A DNA stretch of 62,520 nt, counting the filler, from Circinaria calcarea (Eukaryota): assembly GCA_051942165.1 (NCBI GenBank). It is 21 parts of 21 records of this genome, joined end to end, with 100 filler letters (N's around TTAATTAATTAA, not from the genome) between each part and the next. Parts side by side here need not be neighbours in the genome. Positions count along the whole stretch, not along the records: positions 35,856 to 38,732 come from JAVECS010003193.1; positions 38,833 to 41,708 come from JAVECS010003194.1; positions 41,809 to 44,684 come from JAVECS010003195.1; positions 44,785 to 47,659 come from JAVECS010003196.1; positions 47,760 to 50,634 come from JAVECS010003197.1; 16 more parts are not named here. One strand, written 5' to 3'. A model generated the notes under the pieces. The model was given only the letters and a program-made list of their open reading frames with translations. It searched no databases and was not told the origin of the DNA. Shown here piece by piece: positions 36,317-47,881 of this stretch (its first letter is position 1; each line of letters opens with the position of its first letter). Position numbers and translations under genes: made by a program.

Positions 36317-37133
36317 GTTTGTTGTTGTTTTGTTTTTCCCCCTCCCTTTTGGGTGGTGGTGGTGTTTTGGGGGATTTTTTTTTTGGTTCGTGGGGGGTTT
36401 TGGTGGGATGAGTGGGGATGAGTGGGGATGAGGAGTGAAAAGGAATGGGGTATTTGTAGTTTGATGAAAGGGGAAGGCATTGTTTGAGAAGGACAAAGGG
36501 GCCAATTTTTTCCCCCCATCAAAGCCAGCCTTGGGTTGATTCCATGTCAAAGGGCTTTTTTCTTTTTGACAAGGGGTTCTTGTTCGAAAGAAGGAAGAAG
36601 TTGTGGACAAACAAAAAATAAGGTCGGGGAAACAAAGGAACACTTGACCAGGGACGCCTTAGTTGGGCAGAATTGATTTCACAAAGACAAAGAAATTCCA
36701 AAGCGCGGGAGAAGCTGGATAGCTGTAGTAGCAATACGGAGGGTAAGGAACAACTCGGTCGAGCAAAGGCAGTTTCATACTGTAGGCAACAGCCCAGTGC
36801 ACGGAAAGTAATCTATATTGTGAGTGTATGGAGTCAAAACCTGTACGCTGTTCTGTATCAATTATTGGGACTAAGGTATTGACTGAATCATGGTGACAAC
36901 TCAATATCTCGACGGATAACCGTACCTCCATCGGAAAACTAATACTCCAAATCCTCGTCACTCTGCCCCTCGAGCTCATCGTGCCCGAGATCCTTGTCAC
37001 TCCCGCTTCCACTCCACTCCTCTGCGTCCCCAGCACTCTCCATCCCCAAAGTCTCCTCGCTTGGGCCCCTCCGATGCTTCATCACTTCTGCACCCATTAG
37101 CCCTTCCCACCTTTCCCCCTGCTCCACCTTCTC

Positions 37134-38372
37134 CTACCTCTTCATGATTTTGTTTCCCTTCCCATCATCATCAACCGACGCATTCGCAGTCAAAATGTTC
37201 CATAGCATAGCTTGTCTACGTCTGAGCCCGGGGTCCACATCATCGTTCTCAACTCTAATAGCCAGGGAACTCGACGATCCACGTGACGTAGATGGCGAAA
37301 ACTCCTCCGGTTGCCAATCGTCTACGGGCCCGGGAGGACTGCGGGAGCTGTTAATAGATCCATTGCTCTGGTGATCGGGAGATGACCGTCGAGCAGTGCC
37401 CTCATGGCTGGTTATTTGCAAATTGTAATAAACAACCGATTCACTGTTGGCTGGCACAGTAGGGAAGGTATTCTGGCCTTGCTGACGCGGGTTCTCCGCC
37501 GTCAAAGGCTTTTCTGCGTCCGATTGTTCAAGTCCCGAGCGCTGGACCGTTTCCGTCGGACTTGGCTTCGAAATGGCCCGAGCGTACTCCTTAAACACAA
37601 CGTCAATAGATAATGCACCAGTTCGAACATTCGAAGTGTGGAGGTCCTGTAACTGAGGAGGACTTCCGGCTGGGATAGTGCAGTAGTTGGGTGGCTCAGG
37701 TCCATCATCTAAGTAGCAACCAGAGTCCACCTTGCGCTCATTACGACCAGATACCATTACCTCCCCCTCACTATCTGCTTTCTCATCAGGGGAAGTATCC
37801 GTGAAGGGACCGTCAGCGTACTCAATATGCTCGTAGGTAGGGAGCTCATTGTCATGTGAGACCACCGTACAAGATATGGCACGATGATTCCAAGGGGATC
37901 CACCAGTATTTAAGCTGCTGCTGCTACCCTCCCTGAGGTTGCGAAGTGGAGAGTAGCGATTGAAGTAGCAAATTACGAGGGGTACTGGCGGAGAACTGGG
38001 TGTACTCAATGGAGTGTTTCGTCCTTGGTGTGCTGCAGACTTTGAAGAAAATTTGTCGCTTTCACCATGGGCACATGATTTTTTTCCGTTATCCGAAGAT
38101 ACGTTCTCACTGAAATTGTTATCGATAGCCGATGTGAGCTCGGTGGAGGGCCTTCGTGCACATCGATTATGCTTGCCGAGTTCGAACCGGTCAAAGTATT
38201 CGTCGTTGAATTCGAGGGGATCTTGCCAGTGCAGCTGGTCAATTGGACAGCTGTCTTTCACCGCCCCAAGCGATCCATAATTCCTATGCCTTGTTGGCCT
38301 TGTCACAGGATACGCCGGAATGCTTTGTCTTGAACGATTGTAGTAGCCTTGGCTGTTGTCGGAGGGTCCCAA
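37134..38372 (-). CDS. Hypothetical S/P/D-rich disordered protein
   Basis: 412-codon open frame. No domain recognised; true start and stop uncertain. Confidence 0.5.
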   Translation of the reverse strand: MGPSDNSQGYYNRSRQSIPAYPVTRPTRHRNYGSLGAVKDSCPIDQLHWQDPLEFNDEYFDRFELGKHNRCARRPSTELTSAIDNNFSENVSSDNGKKSCAHGESDKFSSKSAAHQGRNTPLSTPSSPPVPLVICYFNRYSPLRNLREGSSSSLNTGGSPWNHRAISCTVVSHDNELPTYEHIEYADGPFTDTSPDEKADSEGEVMVSGRNERKVDSGCYLDDGPEPPNYCTIPAGSPPQLQDLHTSNVRTGALSIDVVFKEYARAISKPSPTETVQRSGLEQSDAEKPLTAENPRQQGQNTFPTVPANSESVVYYNLQITSHEGTARRSSPDHQSNGSINSSRSPPGPVDDWQPEEFSPSTSRGSSSSLAIRVENDDVDPGLRRRQAMLWNILTANASVDDDGKGNKIMKR

Positions 38373-39032
38373 ACCGAAGTGCTCGTGTATGTCCTTTCTG
38401 GGAGATCCGGGTATAGTGTCCGCCTTGTAGTACTGCCGGTGTCCTTCGAAAATTGCTGTAACATTATAATCCTTAGAGTCAAAAGACTTCCAGGGAGCCA
38501 GATTATGTGGTGTATAGGGTGCAATTGCCAGTGTCGTGGCTGCTGGGCTGGGGCTTCGATTGCCACTTGCGCTCTGTAAAGGATACTGGCAAAGGGTTGC
38601 CTTGGTTTGCAGTGGCTCTTCTGTCCAGAAGTATTTTTCAGATAGCGCATCACCTCGAGTGTTATGGCCTGAGGTGGCAGAGCTTGATTGCCGACACTGT
38701 AGTGTCCGTGGAATGTGAGAACTACGGTGTGCNNNNNNNNNNNNNNNNNNNNNNNNNNNNNNNNNNNNNNNNNNNNTTAATTAATTAANNNNNNNNNNNN
38801 NNNNNNNNNNNNNNNNNNNNNNNNNNNNNNNNCCAAGGCTTAGGTACAAGCAAGATGCTTCCGCTCTGCTGGAGCCGCCTTTTGTTCTTTGTTGGTAGAT
38901 GTATCTACTATCGTATCAAAGTCGACTCCTGTGCTTCTTTGTTCCCGGCATTATATATACAAGTCTAACCAAAGTTCGGCTATATCTTTACTGTGTTTAC
39001 CCGATTGTCTTTATTTGACCCGTTATAATTTT

Positions 39033-40256
39033 ATGGCTATGAGCCGTCCATCGGATCCACTATATTGGTATGATCAGGACGTTGTGTTTGATGACCCATT
39101 CACTGTCAGAGAATGGTACAAACTGGGGTATCTGGAAATTCAGAACGCAACACCAAATGACATGACCTACACGATCCATTCTATCATGGATATCTCCAAC
39201 TGGGAAAGTCCATTTTCCCACCACGACCGTAAACTGATAGAGCCAGCTCTTCGCCTTGCCTCGGCCTTGATAAATTGTCCCGCGAGCGTTGCTTTCTTTG
39301 ATGCAATTGAGTTCGGATATCGCGAACATCTAGCGGCATTTTCCATCTTGAAATGGAAGACCCTAACTGCTCTGGCCGGACCTAGCCGATATTCTGTTGG
39401 ACTTCACGATGCATTCGACCAGAGGCTACTTGACCTTGCCCCCTATGTTAAATTCGTTTGGGGGGACAATACTGACGAACAGTGGGTGGATGAACAGATG
39501 CCTTATGCTTATACTGACGAGACACCGGAACACATTAATGACTACGGCCGTGGATCGAAAATCACTGTGAATGATGGCTTCTTGAAGGATCTTCATGAGC
39601 TCGATGACCTCGGTCCGAGTTCCAAAACGCTCAACCAAGCACTTCGCATCCAATTTCTTATGGCTGTGACTCTGTGTCACGAGTTGGTCCATGCCGTAAA
39701 CAATTCCAGACTCTGGGCCGAGTTAATCCCTGAACCGTTCTTCCGGGACCAACCTCTCAACGAATTAGGTCTCGCCTGGGAGGAAGAGGTTTTCGGTGGC
39801 GCCATCGCGAACGTTCAGGACCGTAACTGGAGCTCCAAGGACTGCCAGTGGCCCCTATTCTTCACTCATTTCCCGTGTCCCCAAGACTATCGCATGTTGG
39901 AACCGCATCTTCCACCCGAAAAGCAAGATGTGTTCGCACGCAGGGCAGCCAAGGCGACCTACACCAACTACTACATTCCCATGGCGTGGCTCGTCCAGCT
40001 ACATAAACAGTCGAATTGGGACAGGTGGCGATACGCGACGGACATGAAGATGTTTCGCATCCCGCGGCGCGTCGGAGTGCAGTTTAAGAACCATGAGTTC
40101 CCGATCGATCCCGAGTGGAGTCCGTCCAAGTCGAGCGAGGGGGATTGGCCGGGAGATGAGCAGGGTAAGGTCTTTCGAGTGAAGAGAGGAAAGCGTCGAC
40201 GGGTTGGGATTCGCGATTCAGACCCGTTGTACATCGGGAGTGCGCTGGGCAACTAG
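39033..40256 (+). CDS. Uncharacterised fungal protein with zincin-like HExxH motif
   Basis: Intronless ORF (first ATG 39033) with AVTLCHELVHA followed by PEPFF..NELGLAWEEEVFGG. Confidence 0.75.
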   Translation: MAMSRPSDPLYWYDQDVVFDDPFTVREWYKLGYLEIQNATPNDMTYTIHSIMDISNWESPFSHHDRKLIEPALRLASALINCPASVAFFDAIEFGYREHLAAFSILKWKTLTALAGPSRYSVGLHDAFDQRLLDLAPYVKFVWGDNTDEQWVDEQMPYAYTDETPEHINDYGRGSKITVNDGFLKDLHELDDLGPSSKTLNQALRIQFLMAVTLCHELVHAVNNSRLWAELIPEPFFRDQPLNELGLAWEEEVFGGAIANVQDRNWSSKDCQWPLFFTHFPCPQDYRMLEPHLPPEKQDVFARRAAKATYTNYYIPMAWLVQLHKQSNWDRWRYATDMKMFRIPRRVGVQFKNHEFPIDPEWSPSKSSEGDWPGDEQGKVFRVKRGKRRRVGIRDSDPLYIGSALGN

Positions 40257-40610
40257 TCGGAATTTCACGCTGTTGGGGGCAACATTGGACACTGCAAGAA
40301 ATCATGGAACGTGATTGTAGAAAGTCTGCTGCCGCTGAATCGTTTCATGGAGAGCTTGTGATGGTAGGTTTCATGATATATTTCTCATGTTTTAAAGAAA
40401 ATTGTTTCTGTCTACCAATTAAACGACTCGCTTGTGATCTATCCTCATACAGATTGTAGGACTGATATCCGTCTTCTGATCCGATTGGGATTGGCAATGA
40501 AGAAACGGTCGTCAGACGCTGTCGGGCATACAATTCAAAAGCAGTCGGCGTGCAAGATTCCTGAATTCTGATACCATGAATAGCATCGCCCGTACATTTG
40601 ACACGAGGCC

Positions 40611-41708
40611 CTAATCAAGCTGGATATATATTATGCAAATCACAACATCGAACCCATGATCGAGTCCCCCCTCCCACGTGACATCCCACATCCCGTCCCT
40701 CCGATGATCCCAATACGCCCTCAAAGACGCCTGCCTCCCCGGCTGTCGGATCAGTTCGGCGCCAGGGGCCCGGTTGGTTCGATAGCTGGTAGGCCCTCTC
40801 AGGCTCATGTTGCGTCGGTGTGGCCTCCCGTCGTCATTCCTCGCAATAGTTGCCCTTCTGATGAGGACGCCATCCCCGTTGGTGTATTCGTCCCAGCCAT
40901 CGCGTTGACTCGCCGTCGGGTATCCCTTTGCCGCAGCAGCTCTCATTTTGGCAGCGGTCTCGGCGGATGCAAGTCTGGGAAAGGGGGCAGGTTTGGTAGC
41001 GGATCGAGTCCTCCCAGTGGCGTTGGCTCTGATAACGCCTCCGTCTTCCGCGGCGGCTTCGGCCTTCTTCTTCTCGCTCGCTGCTTTTGCGGCTGCAATC
41101 AACGGAGGCTCGGGAATGTCCTGGACGAAAGGCGATACCTGGGAGCTACCACCGTCGGTGGTGGTTTTCTTCACCGGAGCGAGATTGGCCCGAGCTCTAG
41201 CAACAGTATCTTCGAGGCTGTGAGCCCTTGTTGCACTGGCTTCTCCACCTTTGCCGGTGGTCTTCGTTGTCGGAGTGGCTTCCACATTTCTTTTGGTAGG
41301 TTTGGTGCGGCCATCTCCGAATCTCCCAATGGCTTCAATTGTTCCTTCAATGGGTTTTCTACCTCCTTTTTCATTACCCTTGGCCGTTGTTGCAGCCGGA
41401 TCCTCACCTCTTCCACTTTCTCTAATCGGGATTCTGGCTTCGTCCTTTTCGGAGTTTCTATCATGTCGAAAAAGGTCTCCTGGATTTTGCGGACGGATTT
41501 TTGCCCAATCTGCCTTGAGTTTGTCCTTGTCAACCTTTTGGGGTACTCTAAATTCGTTATAGAGGGGCTCGCACAAAGTCGACCGTCGTGAACGGAAGGT
41601 AGTAACCGGGGGTCTTTCCTTTGCAGCCGCGGAAGCGTCGGCGGTGTTTTGGGTCCCAGACACGGGAGTTGTATGCTGGATGATGGTACTTGTAACCACG
41701 AACTTGTA
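40611..41708 (-). CDS. Hypothetical low-complexity (A/T/K/R-rich) protein, 5'-partial
   Basis: More than 360 open codons reaching the contig edge. No domain recognised. Confidence 0.5.
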   Translation of the reverse strand, partial: YKFVVTSTIIQHTTPVSGTQNTADASAAAKERPPVTTFRSRRSTLCEPLYNEFRVPQKVDKDKLKADWAKIRPQNPGDLFRHDRNSEKDEARIPIRESGRGEDPAATTAKGNEKGGRKPIEGTIEAIGRFGDGRTKPTKRNVEATPTTKTTGKGGEASATRAHSLEDTVARARANLAPVKKTTTDGGSSQVSPFVQDIPEPPLIAAAKAASEKKKAEAAAEDGGVIRANATGRTRSATKPAPFPRLASAETAAKMRAAAAKGYPTASQRDGWDEYTNGDGVLIRRATIARNDDGRPHRRNMSLRGPTSYRTNRAPGAELIRQPGRQASLRAYWDHRRDGMWDVTWEGGLDHGFDVVICIIYIQLD

Positions 41709-42172
41709 NNNNNNNNNNNNNNNNNNNNNNNNNNNNNNNNNNNNNNNNNNNNTTAATTAATTAANNNNNNNNNNNNNNNNNNNNNNNNNNNNNNNNNNNN
41801 NNNNNNNNGGGGGGGGGTGGTTGTTGGAACAGAACAAATCAAATCAAATCGGTAATCGATAGTGCGTACTTTTATGTTTAGGTTTAGCCTTTAGCCTTTA
41901 GCCGAGTTCCGAGTTCCCGGTTCCGAGTTCCCGGTTCCCGGGGACGATCGAAACCTTCTAGCGTTTATTTGCTATTTGCTGGAGAAAGTGTTCTCTTGAC
42001 TCCGGATACTAGGGAATGAGGGGGGGGGGTTTGTCATAAAAATTGGAGAAAATCTCTTAGTGATCCACGACCCAAGTCCTTCTGGTTGGATTTGAGCTTG
42101 CAGGACAACCGAAGCATTCTGGCTTTTTAATGATATCTTACAAGCCCCTTCTTACACCCCTATTTATAACTC

Positions 42173-44684
42173 TTAACTACCAGCCCCTTGCGTGCCGGAT
42201 GCAGCCCGTAAATTCAAACTCCCGATCCTCGACACCAGATTACTCCCGACTGCATCCACGGCCCCCATCGGCTTCATCAGACTAGGTCCCTTGGCCGCCT
42301 CCTTCTCCACCTTGAAAAGCTTGATGCCCGTGCCATTCCACACCCCCACCGTACCCTTTTGCACCACCATTTCGGAAGCGAAGATGAAAGACCAGAGCAG
42401 AGATTCGTACCAGCCGAGGGACAGGGGGGACCATTCGAAGAGCTGAATGCGTGGCGGGAAAGGATCGATTTGCGGAGGAATGGTTTTGGGAGGCGTGGTG
42501 GTTTCGGTGCTAGAAAGCAGAGTGAGGATGGTATGGAGGGGGAGAGAAGGGAGCCAGGAATCAATCTGTGTTTGGATATCAGTAAACTGCTACCAGAGAG
42601 GAAGTGCACGCACGACTTACCCATTGGGCCGAGGGTGTGAAGCCAGAGCTTGTTGAAACAACTGCTGCAATATGACTGCTAATGCTTGACATACTGTTGA
42701 CACGAGAAAATGAAGTTTGGCCGACAGGCATTTTGCCCCTAGCTTTTTCCGACATACCACGCAGCTGCATAGGGACAGCATCATCTACTGAGTCCATTGA
42801 CGGCGCTCGTGAATTGTGAGCAGAGGGTGAGGATTGCGAAGGTGTTGCTTGAAAGTTGTGGTCATCGTCTTCAGAGTCGTCGTCGTCATCCCCAATCGCA
42901 AAGGCACCACCTTCTTCGGGAACATCGCTTAGTGATGGTGGTCGTGCACTTAGTGGACTTCTCAAACTTTCAACAGAGCCATTCCGGGTGCTTCGTGCGG
43001 GACTGCTTATATGCTCCGAGCTCTCAGATGGTTCTTTTTGGAGTAGAGATAGTCTTTCCATTTCTTCCTGACCGCTTTCCAAAGTAAAGCTTCGCAACGC
43101 CTCGAATCGCTTTCGTGTCTTCAGGATAGCATACAGGAATTTCGGATTGGCTACGGTTGGTCAGCTAACCATTACCAATCCAAGGAACTGAGAAACTTAC
43201 TACTGTATTGATGTTCGATGATAGCATTGATTGACTCCAGCAAGGACGTCAGGAGGAGATGGTTTGTTTCGTTCGCGAGCAGGAAGCTGGGTGACGACAT
43301 TGAAGCAAATAGTTGTAAAATCCTTGTACAAGTCATGGCGCTCAGGTTTTCCACGTACGCCGCGATGTTGTTAATGATTGCAAGGAGAGCAGGGTATATG
43401 GCATCTAGTTTACCTTTGCTGCCGGTAATGAGGGTATGTATTGACTATGCGTATAAGCAAGTAAACCTCTGAATGAGAGGATACACTCACTGAGATGAGG
43501 AAATCTGCATATGTGCCATTGAAATTCTCTATCCTAATTGTTACAGGCAAGGAGTCCTGCCCTTCAAACTTCTTGTTAAGGCCGGTTCCAAAATTCTCTT
43601 CTGTACTTAAAGTCTGCAATACGAAGACGCACATTCGTACAATTCCTTGTTTCGTTAGATCAGTGCGATACTCCAATGCATAGAAGAGTATCAGAACAAT
43701 AAAGTCGTGGCCTCTGTCAGTATCTACAATGAATGATCGGAACCTCTTGTTGCATTGTATGGTTTCCCAAAAGAGCATAATCATCTCAGGAGCCCATTTC
43801 AACGACTTCTGACTACCGGGTAGGTACGAAGTCGTAGCTTGTAGCTTGAGATTCTGTAAGTATCAGGCAATAGGATGGGTTTGATGCTACTTACCGGCTG
43901 ATGTAGAATCCTTGTCATCCCATCCACTAGGAACTGGAAGTCCTGAGGTCGGTGAAGTCTGCCTAGAAAATGTCGAAAGTAATTCTTTGATGGAGGGCCG
44001 CGGCCTTCTTCAGGTATCGGATAGAGTAGCAGGACGAGTAGAAATTGTAGGCAATAGGCTACCAAGATCTGTTTTGGATCCTTGAAGACAACATGATCGT
44101 ATGGTACTCTCCAGCTCGCCGGATTGAATTTGAGTGTCTGCCATTATTTGAAGGTCAGAAGGATATAGATGCCGGGCGCTTGTTATTTTCCCTTACAGTA
44201 TTTAACATCGAGCACAGCATTGACAGCACTACCTGCTTATCTGGACAGGTGGCAATATATGTTATAGCCTTAACCCCTTTAACAGGTAGGATGTCTTCAC
44301 AGAATCAGCAGAGAATACTGCAAGCATGATATGAGCTAACTGACGTGCGGGCATGTACATGGATTTACTAGAGAAGGTAAGGAGAAGACGTAAGATCTCG
44401 GTTCGGTTGCTCTCCAGCTCCTTGCTCGAGCTCATGGGCGTGTTGCAGCCGACTCCACTTTGCCATATCGAATAGGTGACCTTTGACTTTGATCTCTCGT
44501 TGATTGGTAGGGTGAACCCCGCAAAGAACAACATATCGATGAGCGTGTCTATAAGCTCCTCGGCCAATGGCTTCGCGTCTTCGAATTCTTCCTCTTGCTG
44601 CTTCTCTTTCCCTCCTTCTTCTTCCGGATGAGCCTCATCGAACAGCACCTCCGGCTTTGATAGCTTCCCTTTTCTGGTCTTCTT
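42173..44684 (-). CDS. hid1: HID1/Ecm30 family protein (multi-exon), 5'-partial
   Basis: Exons encode PLAEELIDTLIDMLF, IWQSGVGCNT..ESNRTEILRLLL, NYFRHFLGRLHRPQDFQFL, WETIQCNKRFR, IDSWLPSLPLHTIL and WYESLLWSFIF..GVWNGTGIKLFKV. Separated by ~50-60 bp GT-AG introns. Confidence 0.88.
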
Positions 44685-44784
44685 NNNNNNNNNNNNNNNN
44701 NNNNNNNNNNNNNNNNNNNNNNNNNNNNTTAATTAATTAANNNNNNNNNNNNNNNNNNNNNNNNNNNNNNNNNNNNNNNNNNNN

Positions 44785-45212
44785 GTATAGGCTTAGTTCG
44801 GCGTCGGTGAGGAGGAGGGGTCCGCGCTGGGTGGGAGGAGATTGACGGTTAGTAATGTGATGGGTGGTGGAGATGTGACGGGGGCAATGGGGTAGATAGT
44901 GGAGGATCGAAAGCGGGAGTTGGGAGAGAGCAAGCTTACAAACCAGGCACGAACCCGTTCTGGCCGGGTGATGGCGGGGCGGTAACCCCAGAAGATGGAG
45001 TCATTGGTTACAAAGTAGGAGACTGTGCAATTGAGAAGTAAGAGCCCAGCAAGGAGGCGGAGGATGTCGAGGATAGAGAAGTGAGTGGAAGCGAAGGTGT
45101 CCTGGTTAGGTTGCTCTGTAACCTTTTGCTCCTCCTGCGAAGGCGGCGTATCAACTGGGTCTAGAACTTTGTTTGTTGGCTTACGCCTGGGTCTTAGTTC
45201 TGGCGTTGCCAT
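44785..45212 (-). CDS. Probable cytochrome b5-like heme/steroid-binding (MAPR-like) membrane protein, 3'-partial
   Basis: N-terminal TM segment SILDILRLLAGLLLLNCTVSYFVTNDSIFWG. After a GTAAGC..CAG intron the frame reads RGPLLLTDAELSLY, the usual lead-in to this domain. Confidence 0.65.
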
Positions 45213-45552
45213 GTGGCGGGTGGAACTCCCTAAAAAAATCTTTTATTCGCACGATGATGCTTGTACCAAGTCGGTTACGTCTCACATATATGGTAACAAA
45301 CTTCCCTTCTAGAACGAGAAAGGGCCATCAACTGTAGAGGGAGGTATCTACGGGAGTCTCAATGCTCACTATCAACCAAGGCGCCGCTTACAACATGGAG
45401 TAGATCAGCCTTGATCAAGCATATGATGGATCACTGACTTGATAGAAATCTTGGATGAATGCTTGCTTGACTAAAGGGTCGGAAAACGCAGTCAATAAAC
45501 CCCCCCAGAGCAGGCTGCCATAGCCCGGATCTACCAGCCGATCGTAAGTTCT

Positions 45553-46800
45553 CTAAGTTATTGCAAGGACCGACGTGAGTGCATCTTGGAACAGTTGGAC
45601 ATTATAGTCAATTAACGGTTTCTCCTCAGCGAACCTTGGCTCCTTCGAAAAGCCAATGAAAGCCAGATACCTGAAGGATATATTAGTAAATTACCATGAT
45701 GTATAGCCCTGCCACCCACTTATTCATTTCTTTCAGGTACAAGCAGTATCCTCGTATACCACTGATGAAAGACTCAGCACTCTCCTCTTCTGCTTTCTGC
45801 ACAGCTCCGTCCCCCCCCTCCCGTTTTCCTCGGTCCCAACCATAGATCTCAGACAAGTCTACGATAGTATCAATATAGTCTGAACATAAAGTGTAGCCCG
45901 CCATGTCGACTGGGGAAGTGTCCGAGGCAATGTAGAGTTTCGAGAGAACGTCGAATAGGTAAACTTTCTGCATCTTACATGATCCGGCAATAGTGTTCAG
46001 GAGCGCCTCGAATGTAGCAAGCTGAGGATTGAGTAACTGGAGCACCTTGCTAAGAGCCTCGTAGATGCTATCGTCGTAGACCGATGTGGCGTAGAAGTTG
46101 ACAGCAGGGTTTTCCAAACCCGCATCATTCAAATCGTCTAGGATACGCTGGATTATGTCTCGAACAGTATCGTCACGGAAGTCGTTACTTAACGAGTCAA
46201 CCTTGTGGATGAATACCGAGTATTTTATATCGGGATAAAGCTGCTGAAGTTGTAAAATTGTCTCTGTAAGGCGGGCCACTGATTCTAGGTAGTCATCCTG
46301 TGCATCAAGAATCCAGACCATTGCGCCGGCCGAGCTGAAGATGCTTTCGGTGTCGAAATTCGATTCCATGAAGTCTATTTGGCCGGGGAGATCCCATATT
46401 TGGAAACTCCTGAAAGATCTGTGGTGGTTAGACGATTATCCTGCACCTAGAATAAACGGATGGCTTACTGAAGTGCGTGTTTCTTAATGACGATTGTAGC
46501 GGGGATGAAGACGGTTTCTGTGGGAGGCAACTTGTATAAAACTACGTTGATAATGGAAGATTTGCCACTTCTACAAAGGCATGGTTGTCAATAATCCAGT
46601 TATTCCAAAGCCTCGGGAGTAAGACCTACCGCTTCAAACCCATGAACAATAGTCGAAGCTTGTGCGTCCTGTGAACTAGAGGGGCGACTTCTGGAGCTGC
46701 TGACGTTGGATTGATCTCAGCGGCTACAGACTGATCATTAATCAGTGGTGCAGGCAAGTCAAATGAAACTGCAGCAGAGGCATTATATGAAGGTCTGATG
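45553..46800 (-). CDS. GTR2: Rag GTPase Gtr2 (RagC/D family); start codon not resolved
   Basis: LLFMGLKR|SGKSS P-loop, IWDLPGQ, VWILDAQDDY, VFIHKVD, ATSVYDDSIYEALSKV, YLFDVLSKLYIASD and final exon LIDYNVQLFQDAL. Three introns. Confidence 0.9.
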
Positions 46801-47847
46801 GTCTTTGAACAGTGGCGAGTACTCTTCCTTCGTAGTAACTACAAGCCTATCCAGGAACGCCGAGGACGGCTGCCATTGATGCAACTGACATGTGCTGCAA
46901 TACAAAGCGCAATTCATCTAAAGGACCTAGAAGGGAAGGACATCATTGAACCTGTAGGATTTTTCCTTGCAAAGACAGGGACGATTATGAGGCATCATGT
47001 TTGAGACTTGGGAGCGGAAGTAAGACGAAGAAATGAATTTCTCACCCTTCGTAAGCCAGGCTCATTGGGAATTACTGCAGGACTTTCCATAGGAAAGTTA
47101 CAATAGCTTCGATAGTGTAAGTCAAAAGGTGGTGATATCCAAGTCGAATACTTAAGCGGAGTTAGGCAGCACCTCCGCTGAGATAAGTGGCGTGGTTTGG
47201 GTGTGCTGTAACGGTTCGCGCTAGGCTTTATTTTGCCGGACACTGTAGTACTTTGGTAATACCGCCCCTACTTTCTTTAAATATGCTCTTATCCCCTAGA
47301 ATTCCTCCAGGCTAACTCAAAGATACTCCTCGCTTAATTTCCTTCGTCCGATCTCAAAGAAGTCATCGGATATCCCTTAAACCGTTGCTCAGGCGGAACG
47401 AACCGTGCACGCTACAGGGGGGTTCGGACACTAGTAAAATCTTAATTCTGGCCAATCAGAGGAGTTATAGAATAAAAAAATAAATGTACATTCGAGAATT
47501 ATTTAATTTTATTATAGAATTAGTTGAATGTAGTACGGTGAGTGCTACTACACGACCTGTTGGTGGAACCACTATGGCATTGAAGGTTATCTAACTAGCT
47601 ACGCTGTGTGTGCGATATGTGTACTCGCCCACTACTACGCTATTCCCTATTGGGTGTTGNNNNNNNNNNNNNNNNNNNNNNNNNNNNNNNNNNNNNNNNN
47701 NNNTTAATTAATTAANNNNNNNNNNNNNNNNNNNNNNNNNNNNNNNNNNNNNNNNNNNNGGGGGATTAGTGGAGAGAAGGGGGAGGGTAAAGGGAGTAGG
47801 AGATGAGGTTGAGCAAATTGTTCCGAGTTGAGGATGGAATGCTGTTA

Positions 47848-47881
<34 letters not shown>

